Of a DNA stretch of 64,000 bases, positions 10,080 through 20,500 are shown piece after piece. The translations under genes were made by a program, and so were the position numbers. This DNA comes from Clostridia bacterium (GTDB lineage: Bacteria > Bacillota > Clostridia > Christensenellales > CAG-138). The stretch covers positions 1,344 through 65,343 of the forward strand of contig JAFPWD010000001.1 in NCBI GenBank assembly GCA_017395105.1, read 5' to 3'. The notes beneath the pieces are model-generated. The model saw nothing but the letters and a program-made list of their open reading frames with translations. It searched no databases and was not told the origin of the DNA. Position 1 is the first letter of the stretch. Every line of letters starts with the position of its first letter.

Positions 10080-11348
10080 ATGCCCAAGCTAATCGTTTCC
10101 TTAACCTCATATCCGGGCAGGATCGATTCGGTGAAGCGCGTTCTTGACAGCCTTTATGCGCAAACGCTTCGCGCCGATGAGATAATTCTTTGGCTTGCGC
10201 AAGAGGAATTCCCGCACGGGGAGGCAGAGCTTCCCGCGCCCCTGCTTGAGGATATCTCGGCGCGGCGTTTCACCCTGCGCTGGTGCGATAACCTCGGCTC
10301 ACATAAAAAATACTTCTATGCCATGCAGGAATATCCGAACGATATCATCGTTACCGTGGATGACGATACCTTTTACCATGCGGATTCATTGCAGAGGCTG
10401 TTTGATGCGCATACACGCTTTCCCAGTGCCGTTGCGGCGCTCACCACAGCGGCGGTGCCGCTCGATCGAAAGCTTGAGCCCTATCCGATAGATCAATGGA
10501 TATTCGATTTTTCGCTGATGAGCGAGCCGTCCATGCTTTTGACCGCCATTGGCGTGGGCGGGGTGCTCTATCCACCGAATGCCGTGGATAAACGGATATT
10601 CGATAAGGCGCTGATCCTCGAAAAATGCACGGTGCAGGGTAAGACCTGCGGGGACGATATCCTTCTGAAGGCAGGAGAGATGCTGAAGGGAACGCCTGTG
10701 GTTGCCGTTGAAGGCAAGCCCTACTACCGTCTGCCGAACACGCAGCAAACCGCGCTTTGCAGGCTCATGCCGCAGCAGGGGCATAAGGATATTATCATAG
10801 ACAGGCTGAGGCAAGCCTTTGCCGATTGCTTCGACGGGCGATCGGTGCAGCGCCTAAAGCGGGATGCGGACAGGTTTTCGCAAGAGGATAAGCGGCGCGG
10901 ACTAACGAAAAAGTATTGGATATCAAGACCCTCACGCGATATCGAAAAACAGATAGGGTATCTCTCGCTGCCGGGTTTTTCGAGCATGCTCGATGAAGCG
11001 GACTGCGTGAAGGTGGAGGATACGGTTCAATTTGCCGCAAGCGTTTTCAATCTCTATCCCCCCGAATCGCCAAACGACGGCTCCGCGGCGGCGATACGAG
11101 CTCTGCAAAAGCAGGTTCGCGAGATACCGGGCATCGAGGCTCGCGCGGAAGGCTTTATTGCGATAAGGGGTTTGATAGAATACGGAGTGCTGCTGGGCAT
11201 AAAGCCGCCCGATGGCATTCTCAGGGATAAGCTTTATATGAAAAATATGCTGAATTGGCAGAATTTTCTGCGCAAGCATCCGAACTGCGACGGCGCATAC
11301 AGAGCGGCATTTATGCGGATGCTCGGCAGCTTGGAATCGATGGAGTGA
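10080..11348 (+). CDS. GT-A fold (family 2-like) glycosyltransferase
   Basis: IVSLTSYPGRI, HKKY, TVDDD (DxD-like), GVGGVLYPP, GDDI motifs. Confidence 0.8.
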   Translation: MPKLIVSLTSYPGRIDSVKRVLDSLYAQTLRADEIILWLAQEEFPHGEAELPAPLLEDISARRFTLRWCDNLGSHKKYFYAMQEYPNDIIVTVDDDTFYHADSLQRLFDAHTRFPSAVAALTTAAVPLDRKLEPYPIDQWIFDFSLMSEPSMLLTAIGVGGVLYPPNAVDKRIFDKALILEKCTVQGKTCGDDILLKAGEMLKGTPVVAVEGKPYYRLPNTQQTALCRLMPQQGHKDIIIDRLRQAFADCFDGRSVQRLKRDADRFSQEDKRRGLTKKYWISRPSRDIEKQIGYLSLPGFSSMLDEADCVKVEDTVQFAASVFNLYPPESPNDGSAAAIRALQKQVREIPGIEARAEGFIAIRGLIEYGVLLGIKPPDGILRDKLYMKNMLNWQNFLRKHPNCDGAYRAAFMRMLGSLESME

Positions 11349-11484
11349 AACGCTCGCGCAAAAGGCGCGGGCGTTGCGCTTTTGCAATGGCGCGGGATCA
11401 AGGATGAGGGCGGCTCGCGGGAAAACCGTGGGTTTTTGCCGAAAGCGGCGTATTATAGTCAGAACAGTTCATTTGGAGGGAGCC

Positions 11485-12039
11485 TTGGCGCGTAAGCTGA
11501 GCGAAAACGAAAGAAAGACCGTCGAGCTGATGCGGCGGCATGACGAGGGGGGCATGGATGCGCTGCTCCTGTATTTCGCGCCCCTCATTCGCTACGTTGC
11601 CGAGCCGATAGCGGGAGAGGCGGAGGCGGAGGACTGCGTTCAGGAGGCCGCGCTGCGCGCATGGGAGCGGATAGATTCATTCGATGAAACGAAGGGCTCA
11701 TTCAAGGCATGGCTGACCGCGATAGCGAGAAATGCCGCGCTCGATAGGGCGCGAAAACGGAAACGCGCGGAAGCCGGCGAGCTTGAGGAAAGCATACCCG
11801 ACACCGCGCCCACAGCAGAGGAGCTTGTTATCAAAAAAGAGCGAAGGCAGGCGCTTTTGAGTGCGCTTGAGGGCTTGCACGCATGGGAAAAGGAGCTCTT
11901 TTACCGAAAATACTATTATATGCAGCCAACCGCCCAGATCGCCGCCGAGCTGGGAATGACCGAAAGAGCCGTCGAGGGCAGGCTGTACAGGGTAAAGAAA
12001 AAGCTGGCGGATAGACTTGGAAGGTATTTTAGTGATTAG
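11485..12039 (+). CDS. ECF-type sigma-70 factor
   Basis: AEDCVQEA, KGSFKAWLTAIARNAALD, region 4 IAAELGMTERAVEGRLYR; TTG start after GGAGG. Confidence 0.92.
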   Translation: MARKLSENERKTVELMRRHDEGGMDALLLYFAPLIRYVAEPIAGEAEAEDCVQEAALRAWERIDSFDETKGSFKAWLTAIARNAALDRARKRKRAEAGELEESIPDTAPTAEELVIKKERRQALLSALEGLHAWEKELFYRKYYYMQPTAQIAAELGMTERAVEGRLYRVKKKLADRLGRYFSD

Positions 12040-12077
12040 TGAGTATTCACTTACGGTTGAAAACTTTTGGAGGCAGT

Positions 12078-13946
12078 ATGAAGGATGATCTGTACGGCAA
12101 AAAGAATATGGAGGAGCTGTTGATGGGTGCAGGCGGCGATGAGCGCGCGCTTTCGGACGAGGAGATAGAGGAGCTGCTGTTTTCGGATGATGATATGCTG
12201 CCCGAAAACGCGGTCAAGCGGATATCGCCCACGCGCCGTGCGTTCCTGCTGACGGTTTGGGGGCTTGCGCTTTCTTCGCTTCAGCTTCCGCTGTTTGAAA
12301 TGGGAGTGCAGTTTGCCTTCAACGAATATTCGGAAAACGCCATGCGCTTTCCGTTCCTTGGGGTACTGATCCCGTTCGTTGGGCTGCTGCTCTCGTTCTT
12401 CGGGCTTCGCGCGCTGAAAAAAGTGAACCGCGGCTTCTGTTTTTCGTGGCTGTTGTGCTTCCTTCGCGCCGTGCTGTTCATATTCGGACTCGTGTTCACC
12501 TTCTCGGTGCTCCACGAGGGCGAAACGGGAAAAATTATTGCGAGGATACTCGGCGCGCTGAGCTTCTTTTCGATGCTCACGCAGATCTTCGGCGTTTTCG
12601 CGGGCTTTCGGAGTGTCCGCTCGAGCATCGGCTTTGAACCGAGAAGCGGCGAGCTGATCGCTCTTGCCGCATGGTATGCGCTGCGCTCCATGCTTGCTTC
12701 GACCGAAGCCTTTATGGAGCTGCCTTTGCTCATGTTCGGCGCTCAGGCGCTCTATCTTCTGATACTGCTTGCGCTGCATCTTCTTACGCAGAGCTTCGAT
12801 GAGGCGGGCTACAGCGTTCGCACCCGTGGTTCGCGTGTTTCGGCGTGGATACTCTCTTTGGCGGGCTCTGCGGCGGTGGTTTGCACGGTGCTGTTTGCGT
12901 TCTCCTGCCTTGGGAAATACCGTGTGCGCGAGATAAGCCTTCAAGCGAACGAGGGTCAAGTCTTTACCCCCGAGCAGCAGCAAAGAGCGGACGAGGCGGC
13001 GGGGATAAGGCAAAGGCTTATCGAGCTGGGCGTTCCAGAATACGCCGTGAACGATCTTTCGGATGCGGAAGCCATGCTCTTTGAAGGTGCGCAGCGGGCT
13101 GGCAGCGGCTCTCAAAGCTACAGATTGACGGAAAACGGAAGCAATATACACTATTTTGTTAAGCCGAACGATGGAAAATCGGAGTACGTGCTCGGCGATG
13201 CCGCGAGCATAAGCTTTAATTCGGACGGCATGAGTTGGGGGAGCTACGGCACGGAGAGCTGCATTCCCGTAGTGGTCGACGGGGCTTCGCTTTCAAGCGA
13301 CGGCGAATTGAAGCTTGGCATGCTTATGATGAACGCCGATATCCGCGTTACGAGCGTTGCTGTGGAGCTCGGAACAAGGGCGGATACGGAGCTTCTCAAG
13401 CGCTATGCCTTCATTCATTATTTTGAGTACAGCCCCGAGGTAAGTTTCCACGGCACCGAGGCCGTGCGCATACATCCCGTCAGCGGCCACCACCAGCAGG
13501 ACTTTGCCATGGATACTTCGGCACGAGGCAGGCTGCTCTATGAGCGCGGCGGCGAGAAGCTGAGCGCGGCCTTCAACAGCATAGAATCGCCGAGGATCAT
13601 TTTCTCAAACCCCACCGTAAGTGCTTCTGCGGATGCGGAGATGGCATCCTTCACGCTTACGGAGGCGGGCAGCAGTCCGGACGGCAATATCTACGCGGGC
13701 TTTTCCGTGCCGGACGGGGCGGAGAAGGTGCGCTTCTATATCGCCTACACGGTCACGGAGCTGAACAGTATGCCGTGGGCGGCATCGAACATGGGCTTCA
13801 CGCTCGTTCATCAGCGCAAAAACGCAAATGTAACGGGGAAAACCGCCTATGAGATAATAAGGTTCAACAGCAGAATGTCGGATACCTTCGATTGGCTAAC
13901 AGGGAGCATATTGCTGTGGAGCGATAAATTGAGGGTGGAGATGTGA
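12078..13946 (+). CDS. Multi-pass membrane protein with large extracytoplasmic domain (candidate anti-sigma factor)
   Basis: Directly follows the ECF sigma; short acidic N-terminus, ~7 TM segments, soluble C-terminal domain. Anti-sigma role is inferred from position. Confidence 0.7.
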   Translation: MKDDLYGKKNMEELLMGAGGDERALSDEEIEELLFSDDDMLPENAVKRISPTRRAFLLTVWGLALSSLQLPLFEMGVQFAFNEYSENAMRFPFLGVLIPFVGLLLSFFGLRALKKVNRGFCFSWLLCFLRAVLFIFGLVFTFSVLHEGETGKIIARILGALSFFSMLTQIFGVFAGFRSVRSSIGFEPRSGELIALAAWYALRSMLASTEAFMELPLLMFGAQALYLLILLALHLLTQSFDEAGYSVRTRGSRVSAWILSLAGSAAVVCTVLFAFSCLGKYRVREISLQANEGQVFTPEQQQRADEAAGIRQRLIELGVPEYAVNDLSDAEAMLFEGAQRAGSGSQSYRLTENGSNIHYFVKPNDGKSEYVLGDAASISFNSDGMSWGSYGTESCIPVVVDGASLSSDGELKLGMLMMNADIRVTSVAVELGTRADTELLKRYAFIHYFEYSPEVSFHGTEAVRIHPVSGHHQQDFAMDTSARGRLLYERGGEKLSAAFNSIESPRIIFSNPTVSASADAEMASFTLTEAGSSPDGNIYAGFSVPDGAEKVRFYIAYTVTELNSMPWAASNMGFTLVHQRKNANVTGKTAYEIIRFNSRMSDTFDWLTGSILLWSDKLRVEM

Positions 13947-13969
13947 AGTATGTGCGCCGTTTGCGCGCA

Positions 13970-14049
13970 GTGAAATTCGGCTGCGCCGAGCGAAATCTGC
14001 CTGCGGCAGGTGAAATTTGCCTTCGGCAAGTGAAATCCGGCTGTGCCGG
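13970..14049 (+). repeat. Four tandem 20-bp units: G(T/C)GAAAT plus a 5-bp-stem hairpin
   Basis: Units start at 13970, 13990, 14010, 14030; stems TCGGC/GCCGA, CTGCC/GGCAG, TTGCC/GGCAA, CCGGC/GCCGG. Confidence 0.8.
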
Positions 14050-14151
14050 GTTGAGGAAGAAATCCCACGGGGATTTCAAATAATGAATAGAATCTGAAGA
14101 AACGCCGCTCGCGGCGTTTCCACCTCAACTATTCATCATTCATTATTCACT
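14050..14151. repeat. Inverted pair of family H repeat cores
   Basis: GTTGAGGAAGAAATCCCACGGGGATTTC on +; GAAACGCCGCTCGCGGCGTTTC-CACCTCAACT plus ATTCA heptamers on -. Confidence 0.7.
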
Positions 14152-14173
14152 AATAAAGAAAGGGGTTTCATCC

Positions 14174-17100
14174 ATGCAGGCAATAAAGAACGGCTTGAAA
14201 ACGATTATCCGCACGCCCGGCACTTCGCTGCTGTTCGTGCTGATAATGAGCGTGCTTTCGGTGCTGCTCGCGGTTTCGTTCTGCGTGTTTTCCGCAGTGC
14301 GCGGCTATCTTCGCGATGCGGACGGGTATTTCCATACGGTCGCGGAGCTCGAGTTCATGGGCGAAAGCTACCCCTCGGAGGATCATTTCGAGCATGGTCT
14401 GCCCGAGGCGCTCGCTGATAACGCCGAAACGATCTCGCGGCTGCTTGCGCACGATGCGGTGATCTCCTTCAAGCCCAACGCCAACCGCGCCGCGCTCGTT
14501 CACGGCCTGCACCGCAAGGACAGCTCCGTTGCGCTGAATAAGGCGGCCGTTGCATCGTTTTACATAACGGGCTATGATGAGCAGACGGCGCTGTATACGG
14601 CCATCGTTTCAAAAACATATTATGCGCAGAAAAATTACGATGAAAAGCTTGTAAACATCAGGCTTGACGGCGAGGGCGAGCTTGAGATCAAGAAAAAATA
14701 CGTTATGAGCGGCGTTTTTTCAAACAGGCTCGGAGGAAACCTTGTCGGCTTCGCGCAGAAAGAGATCAGCTTTACGGAGAAGGGCGAAAGCTTCATCACG
14801 CCCGCTTTTGAGCTTATCGAAACGAACGAGCTGCCCGAAGATAATGCTTTCATGCGCCTTGCAAGGCGGTGGGAGCTTATAAACAACGCCTGCCGCGTAA
14901 CGGTCACAAACGCGATCGAGGACGAGCTTCCCTTCCATCAGCAGCAGCTCAAGCTCAAAAGCGGCAGATTTTTCACCGCTTCGGAGTATGAAAGCGGGGC
15001 GAAGGCAGCGATAATCAGCGATGCCGTCAGCTACGGCGCGGGCGAGCTCAAGGTGGGCGACCGCGTAAGGCTCAGCGTGTTTTCCTTCACGGGCAGCGCT
15101 GATGAGGCCGAATTCACGAGCCTTGACGAGGACGAATACGAGATAGTGGGCATCTTTGCGGAGCATCCCACCTACCCAAACCGCATCTATATTCCCGGGG
15201 AAGCGGAGCAGGCTCTTCGCTCGGTCACGGGCTCGAGCATAGGCTTCTTCAGGCTCAAAAACGACCGCGCCTCGGCATTTTTGAGGGAGGCGGAGAAGCT
15301 CGGCGAGAGCGGCTTCCGCGTTTGCGCTTACGATCAGGGCTACTCGGCGGCGACCGAACCGATGCGCGAGATGATGCTTATTTCGATCATCTTCCTTGTG
15401 GTATGCGTGCTGCTTGCCGCTGCCGCGCTGGTGCTGCAAAGCCATGTTTTCGTTTCAAAAAGGAGCGAATCGGCGCAGACCATGCTACTGCTCGGCACGT
15501 CCAAAGGGCATATACTTATTTACTTTTTGAGTGCGGCGCTGCTGATCGCCGCGCTTGCGGGCTGCATCGGCGTTTTCGTCGCGGGTCGCTTGGAGAGCCG
15601 CGTTTTCGACGTCATGCGCAGCTTTGCTTCCCAGTTTGAGCAGCAGGAAACGAAGTTTTCCGCTACGGGGCTTTCGCTCGTTCGAACGCTTGATTTCGCG
15701 CCGAAAACGGGGAAGGCGCCCTATATTGCCGCCGCGCTCGCGCTCGTGCTCGGCGCTGCGGTATCAACGCTTGCCTTCGCCCTCTCCGCCGCTCGGGACA
15801 GCGGAAAAAAGCGGAGCAAGAGCAAGAAAACGGAAAAGCTCGCTTCAGGCAGCCGCTTAAGGGGCGGCACAAGCCGCCTTTCGGGAAGGCTCAAGTATGC
15901 GCTTTTATCGCTCAGAAGAAGCCCCGCGCGAAGCCTTGCGATGCTTCTTGTGGCCTTCTTCGCCGCACTCTTCTTCTCAAGGCTGACGGCATCGCTTGCG
16001 GGCTATCGCTATCAGCTTGAGAGCTATAAGCGCGGCGCGGTGATAAAGGGCTATGCCACCGATCTGTACGGTAGAAGGCTCGAGGGCTTTTTGTTCAAGC
16101 CGATGAGCCCGTATCTGCTCGCTTCTTCGGGCGAGGTGAAGGATATGAACCTTACCATCGAGCTCGGCAACCTCAGCGTTGTCGGCGTTGCGATCACAAA
16201 GGACGGCGAGGAAAACCGCGAGCTTGCCTTCGATGAACCCAAGGATACTATGAGGCTTGAGCTTCTTCAGATCAGCATGATGGGCGATCTTAAATGGGTT
16301 GCCGCAAGCAGTGTGCAGGGCTGCCCCGCCTTCCATTTCAAGAGCGCGAAGGATATCCGCTTCCTCGAGGGGTACAGCGAGAGAAATTTCATGGTGATGA
16401 GCAACGCCTGCGCTCTTAGCGAGGATCTGATGGAGGAGCACGGCATAGAGCTGGGCGATGCGGTGATGTTCCAAGCGCTCGTGCGCGATAGCGATGGAAA
16501 GGGCGACTGGGATATCGGCAGGATAATTTTGAAGGTTATAGCCGCGTATTCCTCCAATTCAACGAAAAAAACCGTGTTTTCGCCGCTTGCCGATTGGTAC
16601 GTGATCTCTCAGTCTTACGATCCCGAGAATCCGGGGCCGAATCCCTATTATCAGTTCGATAACTATTACAGGTTTGAACCCACGCCGATCGATCCCACGG
16701 AAGCCGGCACGATGGACGAAGAGGTGCTGTGGCGGCTCGATACCTATGCCAACTCGCCGGACAGCGAGGAGATGACCTTGGCGGACGGCACGAAGGTAAC
16801 GATCTATCCCAGAAAACCGAGCTTCAGCAGCGTGCTTTTCACGGTGAAGGACAACCTGCGGCTCGATGAAGCCCGCGCAGCGCTCGAGGAGGCGGGCTAT
16901 GCCCCGGTCGGGACCTACGAGCGCACCAAGCCCTATGCGATAATCGACGACGAGATGTATCTGAACACAACGCGTTCGATGCAGCGGCAGATACAGTATG
17001 TTTCGGTGCTTTATACCGCGCTCTATGTCCTTGCGGGCGTGATCGGCGCGGCGCTGGCGTGGCTGCTGGCCGCTTCAAGAAGGAAGGAGATCGCGCTGAT

Positions 17101-17332
17101 GCGTGCGCTCGGCACGCCGAATTTCCGTATAATACTCAATTTCCTGTTTGAGCACGCGCTTTTGTGCCTCGTCGGGCTTGCGATAGGGCTTGGCGCCGTA
17201 ACGCTTATCTTCGGCTTGCAGGAGCGGTTCTGCTATATGCTGTGCATAGCGTTCTTCTCGCTCTGGTGCATAAGCACGATGCTCTGCCTGGCTTTCGGAT
17301 TGGCGAAGAAGACGCAGGGGGAAATTGAATGA
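14174..17332 (+). CDS. FtsX-like ABC transporter permease (tandem paralog 1)
   Basis: Two FtsX-type halves, GRFFT, RRKEIALMRALGT; paralog of the next gene. Confidence 0.9.
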   Translation: MQAIKNGLKTIIRTPGTSLLFVLIMSVLSVLLAVSFCVFSAVRGYLRDADGYFHTVAELEFMGESYPSEDHFEHGLPEALADNAETISRLLAHDAVISFKPNANRAALVHGLHRKDSSVALNKAAVASFYITGYDEQTALYTAIVSKTYYAQKNYDEKLVNIRLDGEGELEIKKKYVMSGVFSNRLGGNLVGFAQKEISFTEKGESFITPAFELIETNELPEDNAFMRLARRWELINNACRVTVTNAIEDELPFHQQQLKLKSGRFFTASEYESGAKAAIISDAVSYGAGELKVGDRVRLSVFSFTGSADEAEFTSLDEDEYEIVGIFAEHPTYPNRIYIPGEAEQALRSVTGSSIGFFRLKNDRASAFLREAEKLGESGFRVCAYDQGYSAATEPMREMMLISIIFLVVCVLLAAAALVLQSHVFVSKRSESAQTMLLLGTSKGHILIYFLSAALLIAALAGCIGVFVAGRLESRVFDVMRSFASQFEQQETKFSATGLSLVRTLDFAPKTGKAPYIAAALALVLGAAVSTLAFALSAARDSGKKRSKSKKTEKLASGSRLRGGTSRLSGRLKYALLSLRRSPARSLAMLLVAFFAALFFSRLTASLAGYRYQLESYKRGAVIKGYATDLYGRRLEGFLFKPMSPYLLASSGEVKDMNLTIELGNLSVVGVAITKDGEENRELAFDEPKDTMRLELLQISMMGDLKWVAASSVQGCPAFHFKSAKDIRFLEGYSERNFMVMSNACALSEDLMEEHGIELGDAVMFQALVRDSDGKGDWDIGRIILKVIAAYSSNSTKKTVFSPLADWYVISQSYDPENPGPNPYYQFDNYYRFEPTPIDPTEAGTMDEEVLWRLDTYANSPDSEEMTLADGTKVTIYPRKPSFSSVLFTVKDNLRLDEARAALEEAGYAPVGTYERTKPYAIIDDEMYLNTTRSMQRQIQYVSVLYTALYVLAGVIGAALAWLLAASRRKEIALMRALGTPNFRIILNFLFEHALLCLVGLAIGLGAVTLIFGLQERFCYMLCIAFFSLWCISTMLCLAFGLAKKTQGEIE

Positions 17333-17466
17333 AGCCGCTGCGCTAATGAAGGAATGAAGTGCGCCTTCGGCAGCGCCGTTGGCGAATGAAGCCGCTGCGC
17401 TAATGAAGGAATGATGTGCGCCTTCGGCGCTTGAGGCGTTTCATCCACAACTATTCACTATTCACT
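17327..17466. repeat. Two tandem copies of an ATGAA/hairpin repeat (family A) joined to a family H end
   Basis: GAATGAAGCCGCTGCGCTAATGAAGGAATGA(A/T)GTGCGCCTTCGGC at 17327 and 17384; third copy at ~20679. Confidence 0.8.
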
Positions 17467-17491
17467 GCGCTTGCGCCTTCGCCTGCATATA

Positions 17492-17520
17492 TTGCTTTTC
17501 CCCGTGTTTGTTGGTATAAT
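17492..17520 (+). promoter_or_regulatory. sigmaA promoter for the second permease and ATPase
   Basis: TTGCTT-17-TATAAT with extended TG. Confidence 0.65.
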
Positions 17521-17575
17521 ATTTGAGGCTGCTTCGGCCATAATCAGATAAACACGGATCCGATAGGAGTTCATA

Positions 17576-20500
17576 ATGCAGGCAATAAAAAACGGTATAA
17601 AGTGTACGCTCAGAACGCCCGGCAAGGCGATTCTGTTCACACTTATCCTCGCGGTGCTCGCGGCGCTGCTTGCGGTCGCGTTCTGCGTTTTCTCCGCCGT
17701 GCGCGGCTATCTAAAAGAGGCGGACGAATACTTCCACACCATCGCCACGATCGACTACGTGGGCAAGGACTACCCCGATCAGTCGGTCTACGATCCCGAG
17801 GTGCAGGAGGCGGTGGAGGAGAGCTTGGGCGAGCTCGAAGCGCTGAAGGCAAACCCCTCCGTTATGGGCTTTGAGCCCGCTTCGCCCGCGCTCGGCTATA
17901 TCGAGGGTATGCACAGGATCGACAATAACGTTTTCAACGGCGGCGCCGGTGTGCTTATTGTGAACGTATACGCCTACGATCCCGGCATCGATGCGTATCA
18001 GGTGATGCTTGAAAGGTCGCTCTACGCGCGAAGGGATTATACAGGCATCCTGATGTTTCTGTCTGCGGACAGCCCGGAGATCGAAAAGGGCAAGAAGTAC
18101 CTCATCAGCGGAAGATTCGTTGCGGGCAAGGTCAGCGGCGTTTGGTTCAGCATGGAAAGCATGAGCTTCGTTGAAAACGGCGAAACCGTTACCGTGCCCG
18201 AATTTGAGCTCGTAACGAACACCGATGTGGCCGAAACGAATGCCTTTTACAGGCTCGCCAAGGTGCTTGAAAAGCAGAACGATGCCTGCCGCGTGGTCTA
18301 TACCTCCGCGATAGAGGATTATTACCCCTTCCAGCAGCAGATACTGAGCCTAAAAGACGGCAGGCTATTCACCGAGCAGGAGCAGAAAAGCGGCGCTAAG
18401 GTCTGCCTTATAATGAACGATCTGGCGGGTCGCCTCGGGCTTTCCGTGGGAGACCGTATCCCGCTTTCGGTGTGTGCATCGGATGAAAGCATCTTTGACA
18501 CCAACACGCTCTATGAAAAGGACGGGGGAGAGTACGAGGTTATCGGCATTCTGAACGAGGATATCGACTATCCCTTCTATATTTTCCTTCCTGGCGCTTC
18601 GGGAGACGGCTTCCGTGCCACGACCGGCTATAACCTCGGGCAGTTCCGCGTTGTGAACAGCCGTGCGGATGAGTTCATCACGGCAACCGAAACACTTGCG
18701 CACAATGGCTTCCGCATCACGCTCTACGACCAGGGCTATGCCGCCGCCACCGAGCCGATGCGAGAACTGATGTTCATTTCCATAATCTTCCTTGCGGTCT
18801 GCGTGGTGCTTGCGATAGTTGCGCTGATCCTTCAGAGCCATATCTTCGTTTCAAGGCAGAAGGAAGCGGCAAACACGATGTATTCGCTCGGAAGCTCCCG
18901 TGCGCATATTGTGGCTTACTTCATTTCGGCCGTGCTTATCCTAACCATCCTTGGAGCGGTCATCGGTATGTTCGCCGCAAAGGCGATCGAGGGGCGCGTT
19001 TTTGAAACGATGCAGCGATTTGCAACGCAGTTTGCAAAGGAAAACACCGATTATTCGCTCAGCAGCACTTCCATAACGCGAACGCTCGATTTCGCGCCGA
19101 ACGCGGGCTATTTCCCCTACATCGCGGCGGGCGCGGCGCTGGTTCTCGGCGCGCTTATCACAACGCTGATCTTTGCAAGGCGCACCGTGACCGAAAGGCG
19201 CAAACAGGAGCGCGGCAGGATAAATGAGCAGGGCGGCAGCGTCAGCAGATTCTCCGTTAAATACGCGCTTTTATCCATAGTAAGAAGCCCCGTTCGCACG
19301 CTCGCCGTGCTGCTTCTGGCGGCGGTTGCAGCGCTGTTTTTCTCGCGGCTGACCGCATCGCTTCGCGGCTACAACGATCAGCTTGAAAGCTATAAGCGCA
19401 GCGCTGAGATAACCGGCTACGCCACCGATATGAAGGGGCGCTGGATGGACGGGTTGAGCATAAAACCCGATGCCGTCAAGGCGCTTATGGAGAAGGAGCT
19501 TGTACAGGACTATAACATCACAACGCGGCTCGGCTATCTCGATATCCTCGGCGTTGGAAGAACTGCGAGCGGCGCCAGTCGAGCGGTGCAGTTCAACGAG
19601 CCGCAATCCGAATTTGCGGTGGAAACGCGCGTTTACAATATCAGCCGCGCTATGAGGTGGGTGTCCACCACGGATGTGGAATCGAGCCCCGCATTCAAAT
19701 ACGCAAAGGCCAAAAGCATAACCTGGCTCGAGGGCTTCGATAAAAAGGATTTTTGGTTCCCGAACCCAGTTTGCGCACTGCCCGAAAGCGTTATGAAGGA
19801 GAAGGGCATAGAGCTTGGCGACTGCGTTGTTTTTGAACACACCTTTGAGATCGCGAACTGGAATTATCTCGGAACGATCATGCTCAAGGTGGTTGCAAGC
19901 TACTCCGCAACGACCTCTTCAAACACGGTGTTTGTGCCGTTTTCGGAGTATCCGCTTGCTTCAACGGAATACGGTCGGGAGAGCTATCATTATGATTATT
20001 ATGAGAAGGAATACAAGGAGATTTTTGCTCCGATCCTTGCCGATACGCTCGATGAGCGCATCGTGGACCGCATTATGAACGGCATTGAGACGAGCGGGTA
20101 TAACGATTGGTTCAGAAATCTCAGCTGGTACAAGGGTATCAGCTTCAAGAGCTTCCTGTTTACCCTCAAGGACGCGACGAGGCTCGATGAGCTGCGCGAG
20201 GCGTTCAAGGAGGCGGGCTACGGCACAGTCGGCAATATGAGCGACCGCGGCAAAACCTTCTTTGTGATCGAGGACGAGATGTATCTTAGCACCGTGCGCT
20301 CGATGCAGCGGCAGATACAGTATGTTTCAACGCTCTATGCCGCGCTGTACGTGATAGCGGGCGTTATCGGCTTTGCGCTGGCATGGCTGCTGACGGTTTC
20401 AAGAAGGAAGGAGATCGCGCTTATGCGCGCGCTCGGAACGCCGAATTTCCGCATTATCCTCAACTTCCTGTTTGAACACGCGCTATTGTGCCTTGCGGGT

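Noticed and set aside
13943-14151. Possible CRISPR array
   Set aside because: Constant part is only 7 bp, the variable parts are self-complementary 13-mers rather than spacers, and there are no cas genes.
17327-17440. Possible CRISPR or tRNA-like repeat
   Set aside because: Only two tandem copies with a ~12-bp gap; no cloverleaf or T-loop.
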